Assembly (NCBI GenBank): GCA_030592845.1
Contig: JAUVII010000003.1
Coordinates: 1,366 to 65,365, forward strand
Direction: 5' to 3'
DNA: 64,000 nucleotides
Source: Candidatus Krumholzibacteriia bacterium
GTDB taxonomy: Bacteria; Krumholzibacteriota; Krumholzibacteriia; LZORAL124-64-63
The position numbers and the translations under genes were made by a program. This document shows, piece after piece, positions 8,405-17,115 of this stretch; the first letter of the stretch is position 1, and each line of letters starts with the position of its first letter. Below the pieces are notes generated by a model. It was not told the DNA's origin. It searched no databases and saw only the letters and a program-made list of their open reading frames with translations.

Positions 8405-8428
8405 ATTCGGGACCTGTTGTCAGGCCCT

Positions 8429-8605
8429 AAATTTCATTTATTCGTGTTTCGGGAGAAAAGGATTCCAGTTCTCTCTTGCCGACGGGAATTGATTGATCAG
8501 ACCCCACCTCGTCACAACCGATCCGCCGACCCTTCTTGATGAGAACTCCTTTTTGCCGGTAAGCATTAAGGAAAGAACCTCAACTCTCCCGAAAACACGA
8601 AATTT
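8429..8605. repeat. Long-range inverted repeat pair enclosing ~130 bp (structured RNA or MITE-like element)
   Basis: TTCGTGTTTCGGGAGA (8441-8456) is the reverse complement of TCTCCCGAAAACACGAA (8585-8601), with one T-run indel. It extends outward by AAATTTC (8429-8435) / GAAATTT (8599-8605). It extends inward by AAAAGGA..AGTTCTC (8456-8474) versus GAGAACTCCTTTTT (8541-8554). Confidence 0.6.
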
Positions 8606-8911
8606 CAAACAACGATTAATTCCAGAAGAGGATCCCTGTAACTCACCCCTTCAACTTGGTTAAAGCAGGACCCGTACCAACTACATCGTTTGGGTGAATT
8701 TTTTAATTCATTGTGATTAAAGGTGTTACAGAGCCTCTAATAATTGACGGAGACCCCGACCAACAGGGATTGTTAATAAATTTTATAAATTTCCCGGCAT
8801 GGGTTGTAAGTTGTTTTATTTGACCAGGTTCAGATGTAAAAAAAATGAAGACCCATTTAAAGAAGAAGATGGCAAGTTAACAGAAAGGAATTTCCACGGC
8901 CCGGCCCCGGC

Positions 8912-11900
8912 CTAGCCCTTTCCCAACCCGTAGTGACGAATCTTTTTAAGTAGATTGGGATAGCTGATCTTAAGCAATCGGGATACCTGGGACTTGTTAC
9001 CCCCGGACAGTTCCAGAGCCCTGCGAATTTCCCGGCACTCGATTCCCGCGATGGTGTCCCGCAACGGAAGGACGGCCTCCCCGGAAACCTCCTGGTGGAC
9101 CCCGGCGGCAATTTCGGAAGGAAGATGTTCGGGCCTCAGCACGGAATCCCCCTGAGCCAGTACGATGGCGCGGCGCAAAGCCTTCTCAAGCTCTCGTACG
9201 TTTCCAGGCCAGGAATGATGAATCAACAGGTCGAGGGACACCCGATCCAGGCTCGAAGGCGCATCACCCATTTCCTGGCTGAACCGGTCCACAAAATGGT
9301 TGGCCAAAAGCTCAATGTCGTCAGCCCTCTCGCGCAAAGGCGGAATCACCAGCGGGAAATCGATCAACCGGTAATAGAGATCCTCGAGGAAACGGCCCTC
9401 CTGAGCCATCTGGTGCAGATCCGCTTTGGAGGCACAGATAATCCTGACATCCACCCGTATTTCCCGGTTGGCCCCCACCGGACGAACCACTTTGGTATCC
9501 AGGAAATGAAGAAGTTTGCCCTGCATGCTGAGGGGCATTTTCCCAATCTCATCCAGGAAGACGGTGCCGCCTTCGGCATCCACCAGAAGTCCCTGTTTGT
9601 CACTGTGGGCCCCGGTGAAACTGCCTCGCTTGTGACCAAACAATTCACTTTCCAGCAATGCTTCGGGAATGGCCGCGCAATTGATGGTCAGGAAACGGCT
9701 TTCAGCCCTTTTGCTCAAGGCGTGGATGGAATAGGCCAGCAGCCCCTTGCCGGTCCCCGTCTCACCATTCAACAGAACGGTCAAATCACTGGGCGCAACC
9801 TTCCGGGCCAGACCCAGCATCTCCAGCATCTTCACATTCTGCGTGATGATGTTCTCGAAGCTTTCAACTTTTTCAAAAACCCCAAGCCCGGAGTCCGGCG
9901 ATCCGCCCCGTCCTTTTTCATACAGGAAGAGAGCGAGGAATCCCATATATGTCGCCAGGAAATCAAGGGAAGCCCGGTCAAAGGCAGGCCCCGCGGTACC
10001 TTGGCTGGATTTGCCCAGGAACAGCAGTCCAAACTGCCGCCCGTGAAGAGCGATGGGCATGAATACGCAACTGGAAGCAACCGTGGCCAGGGCGGGCACG
10101 GCCCGGGAGAGCGGGTCGCCCTCATCCAGTTTCGAAAACAGGGAAGTCCCGGACCGGTGGCCTTCCGCCAATTCCCGGTCGAACCAGTGGGTCAGCTGCT
10201 GGCCCAGGTTTTCAGTCAGGCCGTGGCGGGCCGTGATCCGCAATCCGTCACCGTCGGCGGAATCGTCAACCATGGCGATAAAACCCGAGCCGGCCTGGAC
10301 CCGCTCCATCCCCGCGGCCAGGACTGAACCAAGGTTGCGAGGCACCGAAGCGTCTCCCTTGGCAAACAGGCCGGGCAGACAGGAAATAGCCTGCAGATGG
10401 CTTTCCGTGTTCTGGACCCCGCCCAGCAGGCCGCCCTCGATCCGGTCCCTCAAGGCCACCACCATGGGCGCCAATACGGGGTCGTCGAAGCCGGCCGCGT
10501 GTCTTTCCAGTTCAAAAACGGTAAGCAGGGCGTCGTCGAACTGTCCCAGACGAATCTGGACTTCCGCCAAACGCTCCAGGATATCGCACAACATCCGGTC
10601 ACTGACGGCGGAGGCCCCGTTTTCCTGGGCGTCCATCAAGAAGCGCCGCAACAGGAGCAGTTCGGGTTCGCCGGCGGAATCCAACCGGTGGTCGGTAAAT
10701 TCGAGAATTGTCCGGCACCAGTGGTGGGTCAGCTTCTGCTCGCCGAACGTGGCGATGGCCTGGCGGAAATGGTAGTCCGCCTGTTTCTGATCCGCCTGGC
10801 CGGAATAGGCCTTGCCCATGGTGGCGTGGCAGAAACCAATTTCGTAGTTTTCACTGCACTTCTCACAAACGGCCAGTGCGGCCTGGCTGACGGCCACCGC
10901 TTTTTCAAGACGGCCGGCCATCAGATGGGCCTCACCCATGCGGCGCTGCAATTCCCCTTCGAGGTCGTTCCCGGCAGCGATGGTCCGCGATTTTTCCAGA
11001 CCCAACTGGTAGTTGAAGCGGGCTTTTTCGTGCTCTCCCCGAGCCAGAAGGATATCTCCCAGATATTCATCGGCAATGGTGGATTCCCGCAGGAAACGGT
11101 TTTGATCGGCGTAGGCCTTTCCTTCCAGGATCAGTTCCTCGGACCGGGCCAGACGGCCGGAAAGAGTCTCAAGACGTCCCATGGCCAGATAGAGACGGGT
11201 CTGCCTCATCCTGTCACCGAGGCTGATCGCCAACCTCAGACCCTTTTCCAAAAGGGAACGGGATTCACCCAGGCGATCCATCTTCTGCAGGATAATACCC
11301 TGATTGAGGTAGAAGCCGGGCAACAAATGACTGGCGCCGATGTTGTGGGCCAGTTCCACCGCTTTTTCCATCAGGGAAAGAGCCGGGGCCCAGTGGCAGC
11401 GGATCTTATGCAGAAGCGCCAGGTTGTTCAAGAGATTGGCAACACCCAGATCGTGACCGATACGTCGGAAGGTGGACAATCCATCGTTGAAAAATTCCTC
11501 GGCTTTTTCCAGACGCCCAAGCCGGAGGTAACAGATACCCATCCCCACCTGGAGAATGGCCACATCGGTATGTTCATCAGTCAGGGCCAAAACCGAAAAA
11601 GCGCGTTTCGCCAGATTCAGGGCATCATTGAGCCGTCCACGCTCACGCAGGGCGGTGGAGCGCCGTGTCTGGAAAATGGCACGGTTGACGGCGATTTCCT
11701 CGGGATCCGAAACGGCCGAAGTCCGGGCGATGAGATCCTCGGCCCGGTCAAGCAACAGATCCACCTGGTCGAAGTTGCCCAACAGGATAAAGGAATCAAC
11801 GGCTTTGCGCAGAACCCGCACAGCCTGTTCACGGTCCATCAGGGCAATAACACCCTCGTCGATGAGTTGATGATAATAATCCAGGGCAGTGGAATAGGCG

Positions 11901-12031
11901 GAAGCGTGGAAATGGAGATCTCCGATTTCCTCCAGACGGGACCACTCCGTCCCCTGGCGGGGACGGGCCCTGTCCGGGTTACCCGGATTTGACCGACTTT
12001 GGTCTTTGAAATTATCTCTCATCAACCGCAT
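8912..12031 (-). CDS. Giant sigma54-dependent transcriptional activator: N-terminal TPR array, GAF, AAA+ sigma54-interaction domain, Fis-type HTH (no receiver domain)
   Basis: 1039 aa. Walker A GETGTGKG; ESELFGHKRGSFTGA (GAFTGA-type loop); C-terminal GGNKSQVSRLLKISYPNLLKKIRHYGL. TPR-like repeats over the first ~430 aa. GAF-like segment GFIAMVDDSADGDGLRITARHG...FGLLFLGKSS. Confidence 0.9.
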   Translation of the reverse strand: MRLMRDNFKDQSRSNPGNPDRARPRQGTEWSRLEEIGDLHFHASAYSTALDYYHQLIDEGVIALMDREQAVRVLRKAVDSFILLGNFDQVDLLLDRAEDLIARTSAVSDPEEIAVNRAIFQTRRSTALRERGRLNDALNLAKRAFSVLALTDEHTDVAILQVGMGICYLRLGRLEKAEEFFNDGLSTFRRIGHDLGVANLLNNLALLHKIRCHWAPALSLMEKAVELAHNIGASHLLPGFYLNQGIILQKMDRLGESRSLLEKGLRLAISLGDRMRQTRLYLAMGRLETLSGRLARSEELILEGKAYADQNRFLRESTIADEYLGDILLARGEHEKARFNYQLGLEKSRTIAAGNDLEGELQRRMGEAHLMAGRLEKAVAVSQAALAVCEKCSENYEIGFCHATMGKAYSGQADQKQADYHFRQAIATFGEQKLTHHWCRTILEFTDHRLDSAGEPELLLLRRFLMDAQENGASAVSDRMLCDILERLAEVQIRLGQFDDALLTVFELERHAAGFDDPVLAPMVVALRDRIEGGLLGGVQNTESHLQAISCLPGLFAKGDASVPRNLGSVLAAGMERVQAGSGFIAMVDDSADGDGLRITARHGLTENLGQQLTHWFDRELAEGHRSGTSLFSKLDEGDPLSRAVPALATVASSCVFMPIALHGRQFGLLFLGKSSQGTAGPAFDRASLDFLATYMGFLALFLYEKGRGGSPDSGLGVFEKVESFENIITQNVKMLEMLGLARKVAPSDLTVLLNGETGTGKGLLAYSIHALSKRAESRFLTINCAAIPEALLESELFGHKRGSFTGAHSDKQGLLVDAEGGTVFLDEIGKMPLSMQGKLLHFLDTKVVRPVGANREIRVDVRIICASKADLHQMAQEGRFLEDLYYRLIDFPLVIPPLRERADDIELLANHFVDRFSQEMGDAPSSLDRVSLDLLIHHSWPGNVRELEKALRRAIVLAQGDSVLRPEHLPSEIAAGVHQEVSGEAVLPLRDTIAGIECREIRRALELSGGNKSQVSRLLKISYPNLLKKIRHYGLGKG

Positions 12032-12102
12032 CCCTCGGCGAGGAAGTGGACCGGTGACAACGAATTTTTGTCCCGGCTTCAGGACTGCCCCTCATGGGCA
12101 CC

Positions 12103-12426
12103 CTAAACAGCCAGCTGGACCAGTGACATCAGAATGAGCATGAACTCACCCAGAATCGAATTATCCAAACCACCGCTTCCGTTCAATGAACCCACATCAT
12201 CCGGATGATCGGAAATCCCGTAACCATCCCCCGCGTCGCCAGGATCTCCACCCTGGTCGTCGTCGACGGCCCCGTTGACATGAATGATGACATCATGCTG
12301 GGAAAACACGTCCGAGGAACCCTGGTTTTCGGGAATGACACCCGCAGTGGCGGCAGAAGAAAGCGAGGCAAGGGACAATAAAGACCACATCACCAGAAGA
12401 ACGAGAACCGTAAGATTCCTTTTCAT
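12103..12426 (-). CDS. Small (107 aa) secreted acidic Asp/Gly-rich protein with hydrophobic C-terminal segment
   Basis: ORF 12103..12507, trimmed to ATG 12426, which is preceded by GAAGGAGAAGGA. Signal peptide MKRNLTVLVLLVMWSLLSLASLSSAATA. Acidic core DDDQGGDPGDAGDGYGISDHPDD. Ends ..SGGLDNSILGEFMLILMSLVQLAV. Confidence 0.55.
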   Translation of the reverse strand: MKRNLTVLVLLVMWSLLSLASLSSAATAGVIPENQGSSDVFSQHDVIIHVNGAVDDDQGGDPGDAGDGYGISDHPDDVGSLNGSGGLDNSILGEFMLILMSLVQLAV

Positions 12427-12521
12427 GTCCTTCTCCTTCAAAACAACACCCCGTCTTTGGGAAACTCTCGCCGGACTCCTGATCATGCCCTGGAGCCGCG
12501 AGAACAACTTATTTCTCTATT

Positions 12522-12550
12522 TATCTACGGATCTAGTGCCATTCCGTCAA
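12522..12550 (-). promoter_or_regulatory. Weak sigma70-type promoter candidate for the small acidic protein gene
   Basis: Minus strand reads TTGACG (12550-12545), 17 nt, then TAGATA (12527-12522). The -10 is poor. A TGGCAC string sits in the spacer (see rejected list). Confidence 0.3.
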
Positions 12551-12563
12551 CCCGTTTCCAAAA

Positions 12564-13925
12564 TCAGATCGATTCCGGTTGGGTCCGCAGTCCATATTTG
12601 GTGATCTTCTTGTAGAGATTACTCCGCTGCATTCCCAATGCTTCCGCCGTTTTGCTGACATTGTACAGGTTTTCCTTCAATTTGTGTTGAAGAAATGCCC
12701 CCTCGCTCGATGATTTGAAGTCCTGAAAGTCACCACATTCAAAAAACGCGGACTCCCCCGCGGTTTCCTGGGCAGCTCCGGGCAAAGGGGGCAGATCCGA
12801 GGGCCTTATGATATCTTCTGGAGCCAGAATCAGCATTCTTTCCACCAGGTTACGCAATTCGCGAACATTCCCGGGCCAGGAATATTCCCGCAGAATCGCC
12901 AGGGTTTCAGGGGCGAGCCGGCGGGTCTTTAATTTTAACCGGGCGGCCAGATCGGCCAGGAACCATTCCAGCAATAATTCAATGTCCCCCTCCCTTTCCC
13001 GCAGGGGAGGCAAATGAATGGACAAGACATTCAGGCGAAAGAAGAGATCCCTCCGAAAACGCGAGTCAGCAGAGGACAAATCGCGGTTCGAAGCCGCCAC
13101 GATGCGAACATCGACGGACTTGGTTTCCCTTCCGCCCACACGCTGGAACTTGTTTTCCTCCACCGCCTTGAGCACTTTGGCCTGAGCTTCCTCGTTCATG
13201 TCGCCAATTTCGTCGAGAAACAGGGTCCCCCCGTCGGCCAACTCGAATTTACCGATTCTCTGCCGGTCCGCGCCGGTAAAACTGCCCTTTTCATGTCCAA
13301 AAAGTTCACTTTCGACCAATTCCCGTGGGATGGCCGCGCAATTGACCTCGACCAGGGGCCGGTCCCGGCGGGCGCTGGTCCTGTGCAGGGCCTTGACCAC
13401 GAGTTCCTTGCCCGTGCCGTTCTCGCCGGTGATAAGGACGGTGGCCTCACTGGCGGCAACCTTTTCGATGAAGGCCCGGACTTCGCGGATCCCCTTGCTT
13501 TCACCCACCAGTGGATGTGTGGCGACGGCCTGGTCCTGAAGAATGCGCCGGTCGGAAATCACTTCCTGATGGTCCAGGCAATTGGTAAGCGTCACCAGCA
13601 GGCGGGACCTGTCGAGGGGCTTTTCCAAAAAATCATAGGCGCCCTTCTTGACCGCCTCCACCGCTGTTTCGATGTTGCCATGGCCCGACACGACGATCAC
13701 GGGCATACGGTGTCCCCCGGCGGCCAGACGATCGAGGACTTCGAAACCGTCCATCCCCGGCATCTTGACGTCCAGCAGAATGACATCGGGGACCGCCGAC
13801 GCCACCACCGCCAGGCCTTCGGCGCCGGACCCGGCTTTTTTCACATCGTAACCCTCATAGGAAAGGATCTGCTCGAGGGTTTCACGGATGGCTATTTCAT
13901 CATCAATGATCAGGACCGTTTTCAA
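12564..13925 (-). CDS. NtrC-family sigma54-dependent response regulator (REC-AAA+-HTH)
   Basis: 453 aa. REC: MKTVLIIDDE..DVILLDVKMPGMDG. AAA+: GENGTGKE and ESELFGHEKGSFTGA. C-terminal HTH NVSKTAEALGMQRSNLYKKITKYGL. Confidence 0.9.
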   Translation of the reverse strand: MKTVLIIDDEIAIRETLEQILSYEGYDVKKAGSGAEGLAVVASAVPDVILLDVKMPGMDGFEVLDRLAAGGHRMPVIVVSGHGNIETAVEAVKKGAYDFLEKPLDRSRLLVTLTNCLDHQEVISDRRILQDQAVATHPLVGESKGIREVRAFIEKVAASEATVLITGENGTGKELVVKALHRTSARRDRPLVEVNCAAIPRELVESELFGHEKGSFTGADRQRIGKFELADGGTLFLDEIGDMNEEAQAKVLKAVEENKFQRVGGRETKSVDVRIVAASNRDLSSADSRFRRDLFFRLNVLSIHLPPLREREGDIELLLEWFLADLAARLKLKTRRLAPETLAILREYSWPGNVRELRNLVERMLILAPEDIIRPSDLPPLPGAAQETAGESAFFECGDFQDFKSSSEGAFLQHKLKENLYNVSKTAEALGMQRSNLYKKITKYGLRTQPESI

Positions 13926-14094
13926 TGGTCTTCCCTTTTCAAAGGCGGCAGCTTGCGCGTTGAGCCCGCCGGTAGGTTATTGGGGTTGTTTGGCGCATCC
14001 TCCACCACAGCTTGCACCGGCTGGCGAGCGGGTGTCAAGAGGCGACCCGATTCGTATCTGTATCCGGCCAAAGCACCTGACCAAGGAATACTCG

Positions 14095-15153
14095 ATGGAA
14101 AGCAAACCCCTGCTGCGGTCCCTGGTTCCCGACCAGCTCGCCGGGCTCATCAAAGATGCCGGCCTGCCTGCCTATCGCGCGGACCAACTGGCCGACTGGC
14201 TTTTCGCCAGGGGAGTATTCAGCTGGGAGGAAATGACCAACCTTCCCAAAGCCTGGCGCGAGAACCTGGCCGAACGATTCGACCTGGCCGCCCTGGATAC
14301 GGTGGAGCGTCAAGTTTCCGGTGACGGCACCCGCAAATTCCTCTTCCGGCTGAGGGATGGCGCCACCGTGGAGAGCGTGATCATCCCCATGGACGAACAC
14401 GTGACCTTTTGCATTTCCACCCAGGTCGGGTGCGCCATGGCCTGCCGGTTCTGCGCCACAGCCCGGGGCGGCCTGGTTCGCAATCTGGAAGCGGGAGAAA
14501 TCCTGGAACAGGTTCTGCGGTTGCGAAGCGACACCTTGACCAATCCCGTCGAGGGTCTGGGCGACCGCCAGTTCAATGTCGTCTACATGGGAATGGGCGA
14601 GCCCCTGGACAACTGGCCGGCGGTAACCGACAGCCTGACCTGCATGATGGACCCGAAGGGTTTGGCCATGTCCCGCAGGAGAATCCAGATATCCACCAGC
14701 GGCCCCGGCGAGGGCCTGAAAAAGATGGTCGAGGCCGAACCGGGGGTCGGCTTGACCATCAGCCTCGGCGGAAGTACGGACGCCGAGCGCAAAGCGGTCA
14801 TGCCCGTTCCCGGTCGCACACCCATCCGGGAAGTTCTGGACCTGGTGGTGCAATACGTCCGCCGCACCGGACGCCGGGCCACCGTGGCCTGGGTGTTGAT
14901 CGCCGGCCAGACCGACGACCCGGAACAGGCCGCAAGGCTTGCCCGCCTGCTGCGGGGAAAGCCGCTCAAGGTCAACCTCATCCCCATGAATCCTCTGGAC
15001 GACGCCAAGCTTTTGCCACCGGACGAAAATGGCATCCGGGCCTTCCGCCGGGTATTGACCGACGCGGGGATCGACACCTTCATCCGGATCAGCGGCGGGC
15101 GGGATATCGCCGCCGCCTGCGGCCAGTTGCGGCGGAGACATCTGCAGTCCTGA
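14095..15153 (+). CDS. rlmN: 23S rRNA/tRNA adenine-C2 methyltransferase, radical SAM
   Basis: ORF 13888..15153, trimmed to ATG 14095 (MESKPLLRSL..). CISTQVGCAMACRFCATA radical-SAM cluster motif. Overall RlmN-like order, ending ..GRDIAAACGQLRR. Confidence 0.9.
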   Translation: MESKPLLRSLVPDQLAGLIKDAGLPAYRADQLADWLFARGVFSWEEMTNLPKAWRENLAERFDLAALDTVERQVSGDGTRKFLFRLRDGATVESVIIPMDEHVTFCISTQVGCAMACRFCATARGGLVRNLEAGEILEQVLRLRSDTLTNPVEGLGDRQFNVVYMGMGEPLDNWPAVTDSLTCMMDPKGLAMSRRRIQISTSGPGEGLKKMVEAEPGVGLTISLGGSTDAERKAVMPVPGRTPIREVLDLVVQYVRRTGRRATVAWVLIAGQTDDPEQAARLARLLRGKPLKVNLIPMNPLDDAKLLPPDENGIRAFRRVLTDAGIDTFIRISGGRDIAAACGQLRRRHLQS

Positions 15154-15199
15154 TCCGGACATCCGGATTTGTCGGCGGCCTGTCCACGGGAAAATCTCC

Positions 15200-15230
15200 A
15201 AAAAAAAGGCCCCTCCCAGGAGGGGCCTTG
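15200..15230. terminator. Bidirectional hairpin between convergent rlmN and Rrf2 genes
   Basis: A8 run followed by AAGGCCCCTCC/GGAGGGGCCTT stem. On the minus strand the stem is followed by T9. Confidence 0.6.
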
Positions 15231-15249
15231 AATTATCAGTGGATTCGGA

Positions 15250-15648
15250 TCAGAGGACGTCGGCCAGGGAGGTCTTGTCCAGGGCTCCGGTCAGGGCCGC
15301 CTGGGCCTCACGCCAGACGTTGGCCACCGCGCAGGTGTCGGCGTCCTGGCAGGGATCGACCTTGCGCAGGCAGTGGTTCAGGGCAATGCCACCCTCACAG
15401 ATTTCGACGATTTCACGCAAGGTGATTTCATCGGCGGGCCGGCCCAGACTGAATCCGCCCTTCACTCCCCGATGGGATTTCACCACACCCGCCTGAGCCA
15501 ACATTTGAAAAATCTTGGCCAGAAAAGCTTCGGATACCTGGCAGGACGAGGCAATGACCTTCAGTTGGACCGGTGCGTCCTCGTTTCGGCGGGCAAGTTC
15601 CTGGAGCCCACGGATAGCGTATTCAGTTTGTCTGGTAATCTGCAACAT
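15250..15648 (-). CDS. Rrf2-family transcriptional regulator with Cys-x6-Cys-x5-Cys cluster-ligand motif
   Basis: 132 aa. MLQITRQTEYAIRGL..; HTH VSEAFLAKIFQMLAQAGVVKSHRGVKGGFSL; CLRKVDPCQDADTC. Confidence 0.85.
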   Translation of the reverse strand: MLQITRQTEYAIRGLQELARRNEDAPVQLKVIASSCQVSEAFLAKIFQMLAQAGVVKSHRGVKGGFSLGRPADEITLREIVEICEGGIALNHCLRKVDPCQDADTCAVANVWREAQAALTGALDKTSLADVL

Positions 15649-15723
15649 CGGAGACCTTCTCCTTCTATGACCCGGCTTATTGTCAATCTCCCTCGGACAA
15701 TTAGGACTCTGACGGGATTGTTG

Positions 15724-17058
15724 TCAAACACTTGAATCGGCGGCAAGGCGCAAACTCTTGGCCACTAAATTGGAAATGGGATGTTTTGGGGATGGAATCC
15801 CTAAAAAATGGGCGCCCATGGACTTTGTGCCGGCGGCTGAAGTTTCGGCAAATTCCCCACCTCCGGACTGTGTTTTGCTTGGCGCCACCAATAATTCATC
15901 CATATGGGGAAGGGTGTCGGCAAGACCCAAACCGTAAACCATGACCACCAGGCGGTACCTGGTAATGGCGTGCCGGAAGCTGCCCAGCAGGACCGGATCT
16001 CCACCGACCGAGGTATATTCCAGATTCGGAATTGCGGTCAGCCAGGGTCTCCAGATATGGCCGGGCCAACCGATGTCCCCCTTTGCCGGACCAGGAAGCC
16101 AGGGCGTCGAGGGCAACCCCCAGAGCCCCCCATGGATTCCGGAAATATCTGCCCGGACCGGAGGGGGGCTGTCCGTGGGAACCGCCACCGGACCAGTCCC
16201 AGGCGGCAACAGGAGCACCTGGTCCTTCCATTGGACAACAAGCAGACCCAAATGCACACCGAGGGATTTGGCAGCGGTTTTCGCCGGCGGCACCAGATCC
16301 ACCGTCCCGGCCAGGTTCGCCTTGCACAGGGAACGAACTGGACAGACTGAACAACCGGGGCCGGTGGCGCGGCAAACCAGCGCACCCAGTTCCATCACCG
16401 CCTCATTCCAGTCCCCCGGCCGATCTTCATCCACCAACAGGGTGGCCACCTGGTCCAGATGAGTGGGCTTGAGATGGGCCAGGTCATGGGGATCACCAAC
16501 GAGCCAGCGGGAAAAAACCCGGCGGGCATTCGCATCCAGGGCGGGAACCCTCCGGCCCAGGCCGATACTGGCCACGGCCCCACCGGCATAGGGCCCGATA
16601 CCCGGCAAAGCCAGCCAACCTTCGATCTGGCAGGGCAGTTCACCATCCAGTTGGGTGACCACGATCCGGGCTGCTTCGTGAAGTTGGCGGGCCCGCCGGT
16701 AATAGCCCAACCCCGACCACAGGGACAGAACCTCTTCAAGATCGGCGGCGGCCAAGGCCTTCACGTCCGGGAAGGCGGTCAGGAATTTCTCCCAATAGGG
16801 AACAACCACCTTGACCGTGGTTTGCTGGAGCATCATTTCGGAAATCCAGGTTCCATACAAGGTGCGATGGTGGCGCCAGGGCAGCTGTCGTTTGTTCTTG
16901 TCAAACCAGGCAAGCAGAAGACGGCGGTACTTTTCCGGCCGGTCGGACAGAAAAATGGCCGGGGGCAAATCAGGGTTCAAGATCAAGGAGCTCCCTTGCT
17001 GCAGGACCTGGGCAGGATCGTTCGCCCGTTGACAAATAAGGGCGCCGGGGGTAAGCAT
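15724..17058 (-). CDS. mutY: A/G-specific adenine DNA glycosylase
   Basis: 444 aa. LPWR..YGTWISEMMLQQTTVKVVVPYWEKFL; LWSGLGYYRRARQLH; LPGIGPYAGGAVASI. FeS loop CRATGPGCSVCPVRSLC. Has a ~45-aa N-terminal extension. Confidence 0.85.
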   Translation of the reverse strand: MLTPGALICQRANDPAQVLQQGSSLILNPDLPPAIFLSDRPEKYRRLLLAWFDKNKRQLPWRHHRTLYGTWISEMMLQQTTVKVVVPYWEKFLTAFPDVKALAAADLEEVLSLWSGLGYYRRARQLHEAARIVVTQLDGELPCQIEGWLALPGIGPYAGGAVASIGLGRRVPALDANARRVFSRWLVGDPHDLAHLKPTHLDQVATLLVDEDRPGDWNEAVMELGALVCRATGPGCSVCPVRSLCKANLAGTVDLVPPAKTAAKSLGVHLGLLVVQWKDQVLLLPPGTGPVAVPTDSPPPVRADISGIHGGLWGLPSTPWLPGPAKGDIGWPGHIWRPWLTAIPNLEYTSVGGDPVLLGSFRHAITRYRLVVMVYGLGLADTLPHMDELLVAPSKTQSGGGEFAETSAAGTKSMGAHFLGIPSPKHPISNLVAKSLRLAADSSV

Positions 17059-17115
17059 TGTGACTGTTGTGCTTGTTCAAGGCAACCAGGTTCAGATGAC
17101 ATTAAGGAGAAACCC

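Noticed and set aside
8510-8640. Small ORFs inside the AT-rich island, for example a 42-aa minus-strand ORF (MLTGKKEFSSRRVGGSVVTRWGLINQFPSARENWNPFLPKHE) and a 57-aa + strand ORF from ATG 8121.
   Set aside because: They have no convincing RBS at the proper spacing and no recognisable motif. They overlap the inverted-repeat arms. They cannot be supported from sequence alone.
12521-12541. TGGCAC on the minus strand (12541-12536), a possible sigma54 -24 box upstream of the small acidic protein gene.
   Set aside because: The -12 position reads CCGT with no GC dinucleotide at the required 10-nt spacing. The string is better explained as the spacer of a weak sigma70-like promoter.
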